This document shows positions 38,173-50,990 of a DNA stretch of 64,000 nt, one piece after another. This DNA comes from Marsupella aquatica (lineage: Eukaryota > Plantae > Marchantiophyta). The DNA is taken from contig OZ316893.1 in assembly GCA_973895155.1 (NCBI GenBank), positions 10,545,660 through 10,609,659 on the forward strand. Direction: 5' to 3'. The position numbers and the translations under genes were made by a program. The first letter of the stretch is position 1, and the number at the start of each line of letters is the position of its first letter. The notes under the pieces are model-generated. The model had not been told where the DNA came from, searched no databases, and saw nothing but the letters and a program-made list of their open reading frames with translations.

Positions 38173-41100
38173 TTTTGGCCACTAAAGAAACTCTGACGAC
38201 CAGTCCTCTAGGAAAAGGCACCAGTCCTCTACAGAAGATACGGGGGAGGGAACCGTCCACCGCTTTGGCTGCTGGAGGCTGAAACGCCCCAGAGCTGCTT
38301 TTTCACCGAGAGAGAGAGACTTGTCATTGGCTCGTTCAGAGTGGCCCAGACAGAGACGAGGCTTCTAAACTCTCAAAAAGGCACGTCGGTGACTCCGAGT
38401 GGATACTGGATGCGTCCTGCCTGCTGCTGCCTACTTGGAAGAGAGTCGCAGCCATGCATCCATCCGTCTGCGCGTTCACCAATTCAGCTTCCCTTTCTTT
38501 TGTGGGGGTAGTTGGGAAAAAGCGTCTCGGTTCACTCCATCAAGCAATCATCGGTCGATCGATCAATGAATCAATCAATTGCAGAGCGTCATTCTCTCGT
38601 GGGGGTGTGGTACGAGTAATCTGTCCGAACTTTGTGTGAGTAAACATACACCGTTTGGCCGGATGACCGGTCGGCCTGTTTCCAGGTTCCGCACGGCACC
38701 GTTAATAATTACCAATCTGAATTTTGTTCGAGTGCGGACGCTTTTGTGAGACCTTAATTTAGTCGAACGGAGGGGAGATATTTTATGGTGATCAGTGAAG
38801 GACGAAACGATACATCTTCGAATTGTTGTTTCAAGCGAACACGATACTTTGGGATGCAGAATATTTGCGTTTGTATTGTTCACGCTTAAATCTTTGATTG
38901 GATGGGTGAACGAGACACTTCAAGGGGAGATCTATCAGATAGATACGGAATGATGGTGAACGAGAAATCCCGAACCCAAACCATTACATACCTTTGCTTG
39001 CTTGACTGGATGAGAGTTTTTGGTCAGCGCCCTCATAACCCTGGGCGAAAGACTTCATTAATCTTCCTCGAAAGAAAGAGAGATAGCATCTGAGATGAAG
39101 TGTTTCCTTGTTGACTTGCGCTGGTTCTTTATCCATATAACGGTCTGGAGGCGTTAGCTGTCGTTTGGAGGACCGGAAGGCTTATTTAGGCGAAACAATT
39201 GTGATCCCAGATAGCATCCACAGCGGCCATGTTTGCTCAGCTGGACAGGCTGATGTGGAGGCCAGGTAAGCAGCAAAAGGAATGGATGGATGGCCGATGG
39301 ATCGGATGAATGGATGGCCGCTACAGTAGATTCGTGCTCAACTAAAAAAGTCAAATAGAGAGAGACCGTGTACGCTGTGCATTGTTGCTTGCCTTCCTGG
39401 TTTTGTTTCAACGGGTGAGTGTAATCCCCTGTTCGTTCGTGCCTTGTTTCTTGCTTTCTTGCTCGCGTGATAGTTATCCTCTAACCCGTCGTGGGGTATG
39501 TGAGAGGGGTACAGTACCAGTCGTGTACAGTAGCATTCGCTGTCGCCGATAGCAGTGGCTCGCTCACCTACGGGCTACGGTACGCTTCAGGACCGGCCTG
39601 ATCCCAATGTGAGCTCTCGCATCACTGTCGTCTTGGATAGGATTCTAGCCTTCCGTTGTCTGTACTTCACACTGTCAAAGAGGCAGAGAGTATGTTCCGT
39701 TCAGCGACTACTCGGTCCATCCATCCCGAGTCCCCGGCATGCTTCTCGCTCCTTCTCCAGACTCTCCATCTTCCTGGCCTGCATCCCTGAAACGTTATGA
39801 AGGAGAGTAGGGAACACATCCGTACGTAGTGCTTCCATTCAGGAAACAGCAATAGCAATTGTCTTTGCTCATGGCTCGGTTTCGTGTACTGGGCGTTGGC
39901 TCAGCTTGCTTGACAGGGAGAGGGAGAATTTCTAACGAACATATCATCGAATTGTTTGCCGAGTGTCTGGCTCTAGCTAGCATAATAACAAAGGCAAGGC
40001 ATCTGTCCCCTGTGCGAAAAACAGATTGCAACGCTTATCAATGACAGATTGGGTCGCTGTTCCTTGATGTGTGGTCACAGTCGCATGACAGAGTGGAGAT
40101 TACCAAGAACTCTGCTCTCCACGGACCAGGGTGAGGCATTTGATGGCAACATGATGGGTCAGTCGAGCTGGCTGCTCAGACTTGTCACAGTACACAGTGC
40201 TGATAGAAGCCCAATCAATCGGTAGTCGTGATCAAAATATCAACATCCGGTACACAGTCAGAGAGAGTGTCGTCATCCATCCCCACTTGCTGGCAGCAGG
40301 AACAACCTTCGGGCAGCTGAGAAGGGAAAACGTTTCGAGGTTTGGAGCTCTGACCTCGTAACAACCATACTCCTGTCACCATCGATAGCACAACCACAGT
40401 GCAACCTGAGGACCCCCATGGTCAGTACATAACAAGTATGATTACTCCGGCCGTCATCTGCATAATTATTTGGCCAGAACGCAGTTCCCATCTCAGTCAA
40501 CTGAAAGCAAGATGTACACAGGAGTAATATGTTCGCACGTCGTCGTGCATCAGACAACTGCATTATTGTCCAGAAATTTACTCAGAGATCGTCCACTGAA
40601 CCTAGTGTTACCGCGAGGTAATCGGCTTAATAGTCAAGCACTTGGACGGCCATTTTCGAGTTCATAGTTGCTTTTCAGATGGAACTTTGGCCATTGAGAG
40701 CTACACTAGGGCGGCCATTTTCGAGTTCATAGTTTGCTTTCCCGGGAGACTTTGGCCATTGCGAATTACTGCGTACATAATAATATATTGAAATGGTCAT
40801 GATAAGATAGTTTCGCTTTAAAGCTTGCCGAGGTCTTGTCCTATTCGACTCCATTGGACGCCATAAGCTTGATCACGTGGAGAATGAAGTGATCTGAGGC
40901 TGAACTACCCTATGAGGACTTTTAGTTGGTAAGTCGATGACTTTTCAAAAATCAGAGCGTCGACGTTGACTTCGAGTCATCCTTCCTTTCTAGCTCACAA
41001 GAGACAATTCCGTCGGGTGAGTCTAATTTCTTTGTCAAATCATGTCACAAATAAGTTATTTAGCGCGTTCAAGTGGCGAGTTTCGCCAGTAGACCCTTGC

Positions 41101-42525
41101 TCAGGTGACATCCTCTGAAGTACTCTACTGAATTTGCACCCAAGTAATGTTCACGACGGGGCCCGCTACTCGGTGGCAGTGAGAGAGCAATCCAGCCATC
41201 ACAAACTTCAACTTACTCAAGGACCTGAAAAAAAACAAGGAGCGATATACGAAAAAGCGTGCGTCACACTCGAACGCCTACGTAGCTTCTTACAAACGAT
41301 ACACCAGAGCTGCGTGCAAGCCAAAAAGAATTCTTTACAATCCATTTGAGGATTGCGGTGAAAATTACTCGCTTCCTAACCAACCCAGAGGGATGATACA
41401 ACAGAGCTTTGTGCACACCACAAGAGACTAATGTGAGGCGATTCCTTGACAACCCGATTTGAGGACTGCCGTGAAAACTACCGGATTCAGGCCGTCACAT
41501 TGTGTTTCCAATCCAGCTTTAAATCGGGGCAGTTTTCAAACAGTCCACGTAAAATGTAATGATCTAAAGCTATAGTACTTGACTAGTGAAATTTATCAAC
41601 CTCTTCCGTGTTGTTGGAATCATCATCATTAAGGCGTGAAGGTTTCCAATGTAAAGATCCGCCCTGACACTCTTATCTAAATCGGGAGAACACAAAGAAC
41701 GCTTGTGCAGCTCGGGCAGTGCGTGGTAACATGAAAGTTTAGTCTCTCATCGTGCAAGAAATTTACGCCAGTGGGCTCGTCCTAGCAGTGGCTTCAATGA
41801 CCATCTGCCATCACCCTCAGCCTTCCTCGTCGCAGGAGCTGCACACATACCTTCATCCGCCAGCAGCAAATCACTCGCTCGGATTGACCTCAGGTAGCCA
41901 TATGAAACACGCCGAGATTCTAGCGAGTTCTGATCGCTCAATCGCTCCAGCAGTAACACTACCAATAACAAACTGGTACCCCACCTTTAACTGATCCCAG
42001 CAGCCGTACCAGGAGATCTTCGAAGTAGAAAATCACACGGACATCGATTTTGGATCAATGCCCTACATTCCAATCGGTATTATACAAAGGATGAATCCAT
42101 ACCATCCGCTACTGTCCCAAAGGTGAGCTGGTCCGTGACAACACTGCGGGCGGCAACCGAATTCCCAGCCACGGAGGAAGCAAGGAAACCAGACAACAGA
42201 CGGATCAACTGGTCACTGTTCAGCTTCAATCGGCCTTCACTAAGCCGTACTTGCTGAATGACAGCAGTGACAAAACACCGCTTGTTCCTGTTAGACTGAA
42301 TCCGATAGCTTTGGAGACCCTCCTTGCCTGTACATTGGAATCACGGCTAGAAGAACTTCTTCAGAACCACTTCAGAACCTCAAACGACTTCAATGTGACC
42401 CACCTCTGTACTGCTGCGAGACAGAAGGCAATCGCCGATTTTTCACGAATAAAAGCGGAAGTCGCTAGTATCAAAGTGGCAAGAGATATAAGTGGATTAG
42501 CGCGGGGGCCAGGCAGGTCTTCGAT

Positions 42526-44811
42526 TTACTGCCATGCCGAAACACCCATGAGAGGCATGCCGTGCCATCCAAGAGCAAGGTACCCACATTCACTAGGAGA
42601 CAGTGTGTACCCGCTCGAGTAATAGAGATTGAGCAACAGCTGGGCCTGACTGCCTGCCCGGTTGCTCAAAGGCACGTTGCCGAAGTGGGCGGATTGCATC
42701 TTTTTGTGCCAATATTTCATGGTCTCGTGCCCATCCACCCTGGCCGGACCTTCGCAACCAATTATATTTCTAATTTTCTGAGCAGCGAAAATCTCTTCCA
42801 TCTTCATCCTCGAAGGTGAGTCAGGAGGCAGAGAGGCATCGAAGGCGTCGAACACCGCTGAATAGTACCTTAAGCACTCGACAAAACGAGTGAGGAAAGA
42901 ATTACTGTTATGATTTCCGTCATTCTCCGCAAACGCCAGCACCTTCGGATTGAGCAGCCGCAGATCACCTAGAAGCCTGTCAATAGCGTTGGGGGATTTA
43001 TTGAGAATCCGGTGAAATTGAACAAAGCTATTCACCACAAGCACCTCGCCGCGCCGCGTTTCCACCATGCTAGCTTCGAAATCCTCCAAGTCACAAAGGA
43101 TTGGACAGAACTCGAACGGGACTCGCAGGTTCCTCGCACACTCGTGCAACTTCTCACCGGTTTCCTTCAAATCGGTCGCGTCAGACCCTATTGCTGATAA
43201 CCGAAGCTTTGGGACTTCTCCACCTCGCAACGCAAGAGCCTGGAGGAAGGCAGGCCATTGCATACCATGGAATATGCTAAGTTCAAGCACATGAATGCTA
43301 TTATCCTTCTCCACCGCATCGAGAAGAATCTGGTTGCAGGTGAGATGGCCGAACTTCCCGATAGGGATACAATCGTAATACACGCTGAAAGCCTCTAAGG
43401 TCTCGGCCTGTGGTAAAGTTTTGTCCCCATCCAGACCCAGAAATCTAGGTAATCCACTCTCCTTCTTCAACCGCGCAGTGAGAGCCTGCTCGAAGTAGGC
43501 AGCCAGGCGCTGCATCGGGTTTCCGTCGGCGAGGACATGATCCCTGAGACGCACCAATATCACTTCAGCTTCGCGCAACTTGTTCTCTGCGACTGCTTCC
43601 GCGCAGGCCAGAAGGTAATGCACAAGTTGTAAACCTGTAGCGGGGACAGAGGTTCCGGTGCTCATCTGCTCGGAGAGTTGACTCGTATGGGCAGGGAATC
43701 GCGAGTTCTGTAGCTGTAGGAGAGAAAGGGGAGCTGCTGGGCTACTGCTGGGACCAAACCCGGTGGTTTGGGGTGAGCAACGAAAGTTCTGCTCTGAAGG
43801 AATGATATTGAATCCTCCTCCGAGGCTCGGAGGACTCATCCTCACCGGCTTGTGCTGGGGCTTCTTCAAGGCCAGTTGCTGCTGTTGCTGCTGCTTCATG
43901 GCCCTCTGCTGGTGCTGCTGCGAAGAGGAAGGGCTCCCGACTTTCAAGTTCCCATTGATTCCTAGCTTACTCGTTGGAGACACGCCATGTCCTCGCCCTA
44001 CATCCACATAAAAGTTGTTGCTCATCACTGACTCGGAAGGGCTGGTAAAACCCATTGTCGCGTTATCCGAGCCCGTATCCATGGAAGAGGCTTCATACAT
44101 CATGTCGTGAAAGTCCCTAATCAAGACGGGAGGGTGGTTGGAACGGATACCCTCATCCATCATAAGGTTCCTCGTGTGCTGATGGGACACAACTGGGCCA
44201 GCCTCTAGCCCAGTGAGACCCACGGATCCATGACTGCCATAAACGGAATGCTGCGGTGCACTTGCCTGTGAGACAAGATCATTGAACAGGAAAGGGTCCA
44301 AATCCAAATCTTGGTGGTGCTGCGAAGGCAAGTCGAAGTTCTTCAACAAACCGTCAATCTTCAGCATGCCGTCAATCTCTTCCAATGCTCCCCCACCATT
44401 CCCGCCATGCAGCTGCTGCTGTTGTTGCTGGACAGGAGGCTGATTGCTGTAACGGTGGGACACTTCATGATGAGGCATATAGGAACTGCTCACTCCCCCA
44501 CTGACATGATATGTGCCTTGGGAGCTTACCAGTGTTGGAGGAGGGCCGTAATAATCGAACTCTGCAGAACTTACCAGAGGCTCCACCTTCGGGGTGTGGT
44601 AATTGTCACCCAAATCGAAAGGGTTTTGGGAGGCGTGATTGGGAAAGAAATACTGCGGGTAAGGATCTGACGTCATGTAAGAAGACGAGCAGATCTCACT
44701 GCTAGGATCCATAGTTCTCGGCCCATTAGTCCACTCCATCAGATGAGGTGAAACACTGTTGTGCTGGTTCGAGAAATACATGTTCGGGTCCGGCTCCCCC
44801 ACAACAGCCAT
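42526..44811 (-). CDS. GRAS family transcription factor, intronless CDS, 761 aa
   Basis: The ORF track start (44853) is GTG shortly after an in-frame TAG; the first ATG is 44811. Low-complexity poly-Q N-terminus. LHRI GLQLVHYLLACAEAV...PMQRLAAYF, VHIID-type KFGHLTCNQILLDA...IHVLE...GMQWPAFLQALA, PFYRE FLTRFVECLRYYSAVFD, terminal SAW. Subfamily unresolved, with some NSP2-like features. Confidence 0.95.
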   Translation of the reverse strand: MAVVGEPDPNMYFSNQHNSVSPHLMEWTNGPRTMDPSSEICSSSYMTSDPYPQYFFPNHASQNPFDLGDNYHTPKVEPLVSSAEFDYYGPPPTLVSSQGTYHVSGGVSSSYMPHHEVSHRYSNQPPVQQQQQQLHGGNGGGALEEIDGMLKIDGLLKNFDLPSQHHQDLDLDPFLFNDLVSQASAPQHSVYGSHGSVGLTGLEAGPVVSHQHTRNLMMDEGIRSNHPPVLIRDFHDMMYEASSMDTGSDNATMGFTSPSESVMSNNFYVDVGRGHGVSPTSKLGINGNLKVGSPSSSQQHQQRAMKQQQQQQLALKKPQHKPVRMSPPSLGGGFNIIPSEQNFRCSPQTTGFGPSSSPAAPLSLLQLQNSRFPAHTSQLSEQMSTGTSVPATGLQLVHYLLACAEAVAENKLREAEVILVRLRDHVLADGNPMQRLAAYFEQALTARLKKESGLPRFLGLDGDKTLPQAETLEAFSVYYDCIPIGKFGHLTCNQILLDAVEKDNSIHVLELSIFHGMQWPAFLQALALRGGEVPKLRLSAIGSDATDLKETGEKLHECARNLRVPFEFCPILCDLEDFEASMVETRRGEVLVVNSFVQFHRILNKSPNAIDRLLGDLRLLNPKVLAFAENDGNHNSNSFLTRFVECLRYYSAVFDAFDASLPPDSPSRMKMEEIFAAQKIRNIIGCEGPARVDGHETMKYWHKKMQSAHFGNVPLSNRAGSQAQLLLNLYYSSGYTLSPSECGYLALGWHGMPLMGVSAWQ
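43544..43564 (-). promoter_or_regulatory. miR171-like target site in the GRAS mRNA
   Basis: mRNA AGUGAUAUUGGUGCGUCUCAG (encodes VILVRL) compared with miR171-family UUGAGCCGCGCCAAUAUCACU: G:U at positions 1 and 10, mismatch at position 6. Same LHRI position as the HAM/NSP2 miR171 sites. Confidence 0.65.
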
Positions 44812-46129
44812 TGAAGGGTCACTGCCGTCCTCGGTATGCCTGATATGCGCCACGAGGGCCTAACCTGAATATCCCTTCTTTAAGGTGGCGAACCTGGGTA
44901 CTTGAACCTCACTCTTTGGTACTTAAATCGCTTTACTTTCAACTCCCGCAGGCAACCCCGATCGCTGCACACCTTGAACAAAACCTTCCCCAGCCTGGTC
45001 AATCGATATCACTCCCCCGTCTGAGCATGAAAGCCTCGTTGTCCTCCCCCAAGAACGGTGGGAGACTGACCACTGGCAGCTGTGCCTGGAACCGCGCTAC
45101 GTAGATGAGAATTTCCGAGAGGAAAATGGAGAACCTCTACCAGGCACAAGACTGAGAGGAGGGATGGTTCCTGGCGAGATTAAGCCAAGTGAAACTAACA
45201 ACAATGATACACAATGCTTTCAACGGACAAGCGGATACGAAGGTAGACAGCAAGAGCCCGGAGAGTGTTGCAATAGTGAGATGAAGGCAGGACGACAAAC
45301 AGAACAAGCAATCAAGAGTGATAACAAACTATGTACTGGGAGCACAGACGTACGATAAACGAGGCGAAAGTGGAAAGAAAGGTACGTCAAGCAAGTGGAA
45401 GCTGTGCTTGCTAAGGGCACTGTGAGAACATGTCTGCCTGCCTAAGGGATCCGGACAACGACAAAGATGTCCACAACCTTCAGATTTCGTTTCGTTAGCG
45501 CACTGGTTGCCAAAAAATTAGATTGGCATTATATTGCCCTCGTACTAGTGGCACTGATGAAACTTCCGAGTCCGTACCTCAACATAGCCTTCCGTGAGTT
45601 CCGTCAATGAAAGCCCACTCCGTGCTAAGGCACACCGCAGGCCATTCGGAGGTTGGTGAGCTCCAATGGAAACTGTAGAGTAGTACTACCACTACCGCGA
45701 CGCCTCAACTACATCACCTATCACTCCGTCCAACCTATCAGGGTAATCCCCGCTCCAACAAAGAGATACACCGCTCTCTTCCCCTACTGCACATGTATCT
45801 TCTCACATCTCCGCTCCATCCCTCGCATTAGACTCCGGCACTGGCAACACGACAAGCTACACATCTACCAATCTACCAGATCTCGTCCACACTTCCAACT
45901 CGAGTGCTTTTATCTCCAACCCACAAATCTTATGCCAGCTCTCGACTCCCGTAGCTTATTAGTTCCTCCTGCAACCCCTCAGTTCTTGCAGAAGCCGCAA
46001 TTAGTTCCGGCAGCAGCACCAGACGCCCCACCCTCTGCAGGCCCTGCAGCAGTATTAGCAGTGAGTAGTACTTCTATGAGTTGTGCGTGTCAGTCAGTCG
46101 TCTCTACCATCGCACAGATTTGATGCCCA

Positions 46130-46630
46130 TCACCTCCACCTCCACTCACCTCCGCATCGCCTCTCTTTCTCTCTCTCTTCTCTCTTGAGTCACTCCTTCC
46201 TGCTCCTTCCTCCCCACATCAACGTTGTTTCCCGCCTGCCTCGTCTCCCTCCTCCTCCTTCCCTTCCTCTCTCTCCTCTCAGCCTCTCTACTCCCACTCT
46301 CCCACCCATTCACTCTCTAGACCTGCTATCTCCCATCAGCTCCGCTCTCACTCTCCTCCGCTCACACGTCGAGACGATGAAAGGCCGACCGAGCTGAGTC
46401 GCTGCCCACCTTAATGTAGGCGAAGCTATGGACGGTACTCCAGTCCACTGTGCAGGCGGACCTGCCGCTGCCCTGCTGCTGCTTTGCTGCTGCCGTCGCC
46501 TCCCACTCTCCTCTCCAGACTCTCCTCTCCTCTCTCCTCTCCTCTCCTCTCCGCACGAGCACACATTGGACCAGACCCCACACCGCCCAGCCAGCTAGCG
46601 AGCCATTCCTTCCTTCCATTCCTCCACGCA
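46130..46630. promoter_or_regulatory. CT/GA-rich low-complexity tract upstream of the GRAS gene
   Basis: Runs such as CTCTCTTTCTCTCTCTCTTCTCTC and CTCCTCTCCTCTCTCCTCTCCTCTCC. Plausibly GAGA (BBR/BPC-type) promoter or 5'UTR sequence. Confidence 0.4.
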
Positions 46631-48191
46631 AATCCAGCCGTCCATCGCTCACTCATTTCGCTCACCCCGTCGATTACGATCACCGTACCAGGTACATTTG
46701 TTCCCCAGCCCCCTAATCACATACATTTACCGCTTCCCTCGTTCGCCCTTGTCATGCTGTCAGAAGATTTGGCACGATTTATTACTGCAATTACTGAATT
46801 CTGGGTTTCGAAATCGGGTGCCTTGAGTTTTTGGTTTACTGGGACAATAGAATAAGACGTCAAGCAAAAACTCTCCACATAAGTAGAGATGCTACCAGGC
46901 AATTTGAATGTTTATTTTTTCCTCCGAAGATAATTCATTTTCATCTTCAAATAAACTCCACACAAAGTACAAATGCAGGCCCCCAAGTGACGCAACCAGG
47001 CAGTTTGAATTTATAGAAACTGTCGTGGGGAAATAAGAAAGTAACCAAGTCCGAGTGAGAGGGCTATATCACAACATTAGGGTGTCTTTACAAGACATGG
47101 GCCCCCATTGTCTTCCTTTTATTCTCTCTAAAATCAAATCTGGACCATGTGACGAGTAGAAACCGCTATAACTGGCTCTTTACAAGAAAGCAGGGCCCAT
47201 TAAGGTATGATGTATACTTATTTTACATGGCAAGAAGTGGGCCCAAGGGAATGCTGATGTAGAGTTATTTTGTCGAGAATGTTAGACAACCTCCAGATGT
47301 GGTCCAAACATTTCCCAACTTTGGCTCCTTCATTTGCGAGGGATTTGCATTTATTGAAATTCATCCCATAAGATCTTTGACTTGGAGTTTAGATAAAAAT
47401 GGCACTCCAATTTGGTTTGGTGAAACAAGTCACAAGTGCCAAAAGGCACCCTTGGTTTCCTTGAAAACATTAAAGAAATTACACAACCAAAAGGATGTCC
47501 CACAAGGTTGAACTGGAATACTAGTGAGTCTCGTAGGAGGGCGGAAGAGATTTTGGCCTTCATCAGAGGGAGCTTTCAGTTTCTATAGTTTTCCACCATC
47601 CTCATTTGCAATTTCATTTATAGAGATCTTGTTGGCATTCCTGATTATGCAAATTCATACTCTCGAGATTTAGGTTTGTATGCCCAATCCTGCAACTTTG
47701 TTTTGGATATATTTTAAGGGACCAGAAGAACCCGTCACCATATGTCTCTGGGCTTTGAGGTTTTATGTGCTGCAAACAAGTCTTGGAATATCTGGGTAGG
47801 AGAGAAAATCTTGGGCCCAATTCTAGTGGCTCAGCACCAGGTCTTCCACCATTTGCTAACAATGCAATTGTTCATGGGATCCATCCCCTCTGCCGCCCAT
47901 TATTGTCTTCTACATTCTTTTGTGTTCATATTCACATTAAACACAAATGGTGTGACAAATACACTTCCCCGTGGGTCTTCACCGTAACTCTATCCAAAGG
48001 GAATTTGTTAAAGAAGGACAGTCACTTTTGACACAAACCATCAAGATTCGAACAAGACAAAGACTTGGGACTTTCAGCTCAGCTATCTGTTCCCACTCTC
48101 AATCCCATTGTCCATTCCCATCAATACTTCCATAGAGAAAATCAAAGTCAGTTGACATTTGGACAAAGCCACCCCTTCACTTATATCATTA

Positions 48192-48349
48192 GTGCGTCTC
48201 AAAGCTGCACCTGACTGGAAGTTACAGATTTATGGCTCATCCCATAACTCTGATTCTGGGACCCAGGTAAAGACAAGTTTTATGGGAGTTTCATAACTCT
48301 GGAGTTGTAGGAAAACATTATCCTTGTATTGTTAAGCTTTGAGACACCC
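48192..48349. mobile_element. Small Tourist-like MITE relic (related termini at ~58843-59058)
   Basis: GTGCGTCTCAAAGC ... GCTTTGAGACACCC after TTA; the right TSD is not preserved. Confidence 0.45.
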
Positions 48350-50990
48350 CATTATATCATCTAACAAGAGGACAAGTGAAATGCAATAGAGAAACACCCC
48401 AAGCCACATAGTGATAAGGAGGAGTGCCACCGTGTCTAGTGTATATAATCTCATTATCTCTAATTCCCAGTTCCATTAGCCTGCCACTATATAATCATTG
48501 ACAATACATCCCACCTACACAGAATGCTGAGTTTTTGTCATGAGAATTAGATTTCTGATTTGCTTCACGAGGGTTTGTTCCATTTTTGTAACCCATTTCA
48601 AATGTGGAGTAAGCCTCTTTAATTTTTTTGTGATTTTAAATTACAAACCTTAGATTGTAGTATGTAGATTGTTACCTAGTTGATAACATAGTGACCTCTG
48701 ACTCAAACATTAAAATTACCACAATTTAAGATATATCCCAGCCACTGAACTTGAGATCTTCCATTCTAGAACGCAAGAGTGTTGACCATCGGGCTAGCCT
48801 ATTAGTGTGTAAATAGTGGTCTAATTGCTCATTATAATGAGATGTTTTTCCTTCGATTCCAACCCAGAGTGCACACCATTGTTCTAAGAGAACACGACTG
48901 TGACACGCTAACAACTTTCTCAGAACTAATACCCGTATAGCATACATTTTATATTCTTCAATCATTATTAGTAATTATAATTCTCATGGGCACCGTTCAC
49001 AGCAATAGGCCTTGCCTCTTGTCACTTTTCTTATTTAAATTGTCCTAATGATATCAAAGAGTGCAATCTCTTTAATATATACCACAGTGCCAGAACGAAA
49101 AAAACGAGGAACTGGGAGACAGGGTCCCCATTGCAAAGCAGCCCAATAAAGGGGGGAAGTAACAGGAAAAGGCCCCACTCTTTAAGAGTTTTTCTTATCA
49201 CTCTTAACTAGAATTTATTTTTGAATTCACTACACCAAATAGATATCGCTTTACTTTGCTAGAGGATAAAATAATTGCGTCAAGCATGTTCAAGGATGGG
49301 CCAACTATACTATATCTAACTTTGGCACTTGCCCCCATTTCAAACCCATGGTAGGGTTGCAATCAAACATAAGAAAGCACAACCAAATTGTTGGCAACAT
49401 CTATTTGTCCGGCTCATAGTCCCACTCCATTGACCTTGTTGCCTCCTTTGTGGCTTCCAGGTAACAAGCACCTATTGTGCATTAGTGCTTTAGCGATAGT
49501 TGTTAGCTAGCCCTTGTACTGCAGTGGACCTACTATGACTCCCCAATTTTAACAATCATCCTATTGCTTCTTCTTTTTTGCCCTTTCACCACATTATGCG
49601 GACAGGACAGGGCAGGGTGGTAGTCTGGTAGGGGTTGAGCAAGGCCCTTTGTATCTGTGCCTTGTGTTGTGTAGGTTTTCAAATCTGCCTCGCCAGCCTA
49701 AATCTTGCCATGGCTAGCATAGTCTCCTCCTCTCTTGAATGCCCTTATGTATAGTATACTACCCGGTGCCAGTTCATTGCACATTGTTGTTCAGAGTAAT
49801 TGATGTTGAGCTCAAGTGTTCTCAGGGATAGTGGGATCTGCCGTTAGTCAGACTCTGCCATGATTCAGCAAGTAGTCTAGGAACTGGATTTCAAGGAGTG
49901 TTGCACACATCTCAATCACCCTAGAAATGGATCTTTTGTATGTGTCTCTCTTGGTTTTTTCCTTTCCTCTATACATGACTGTTTGCACACTTCCCCGCCA
50001 CAGAATGGAGTTATCCATGCTGTATTTAGACACAGTGAATATTATTATCTTTTGTGTTACTATAACTACACATCAAAATATGACTTATACAACATATGAC
50101 ATGACATCAATCCATAACCTGATAAACTTCATTGTTATTGTTATTTTTTAACAGCTTTTTATCAACCTGTCCCCTTAACTTGCCGAAATTCGTAAGCTGT
50201 CCCCCAAACGATTTTATTTACTTTCCTGCCCCCCATTTTGTATACGAACTGGTATGTTAGAAGTATGGTGCTCCGGATGCCAGGTGGCAAGGCGTCATTG
50301 GCCCGGATGATTCTGGCTTGTACTCCTTCCCCCCTCCCTGCCGGGGCCCATTTTCCTGATGCAAGGACCCGGGAGGAGGCCAAACAGCCCCGCCACGAAC
50401 CTCCGCTCCCCCCCTAATTTTCCGCTGCCCCTGCCCTCACAAGCCCCAACGTCCGTGGAGCCTGAGCCTGAGCTTACCCCTCGCGAACCCTGAGTGCTCG
50501 CGAACCCCCGGCCCCGTTTTTACAAAGGAAAAAATGCAGGGAATGTTGACACATTTGCCTCCCAACTTTTGGCAGCTCGCTCTCGACCTTTGATCAGCTG
50601 CAATGTTTGGCAGGCTTGCTATCTTGGTGCGCCCCTAGGGTTTAGACACAAAGTCACTGCGAAGTCGTAAGTGTTTGCAATCGTTTGCTCTCTCTTTCAA
50701 CCCTGCAATCCTGCGGTTTGTTGATTGATGTTCCCGGTTGATGTTTTTTTTTCAATGCTGGTAGCTGTTCGGCCTGCGTCTTAGTTTCCTGTAGCGCACC
50801 TGATCAAATGCTGGCCGAGGGTGACAATTAAGCCGTTGCTAGGTGGAGCACTATCAGTAGCACTTTCTTTCGACACGTTTCTGGATTCTATATTTTGGAA
50901 AGCTTCCAGGGAGAGACGTTGTGGCCATGGCAAAGTGGGGCATTGTTTTCAACACATTTGCAATATGCATTTGGCTAGCTGTTAGATTGC

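Noticed and set aside
39910-39930. miR156/535-like TTGACAGGGAGAGGGAGAA
   Set aside because: Several mismatches to those families and no complementary star arm nearby.
42562-44705. Plus-strand ORFs overlapping the GRAS gene (likewise 51793-52443 and 10728-11210)
   Set aside because: Antisense shadows of real CDSs with no recognisable motifs.
44812-44853. N-terminal extension of GRAS in the ORF track
   Set aside because: It starts at GTG, a bacterial-style call; the first ATG is 44811.
50162-50383. Near-identical ORFs 50162-50383 (-) and 54646-54870 (+)
   Set aside because: They are translations of the two MULE-B TIRs, not genes.
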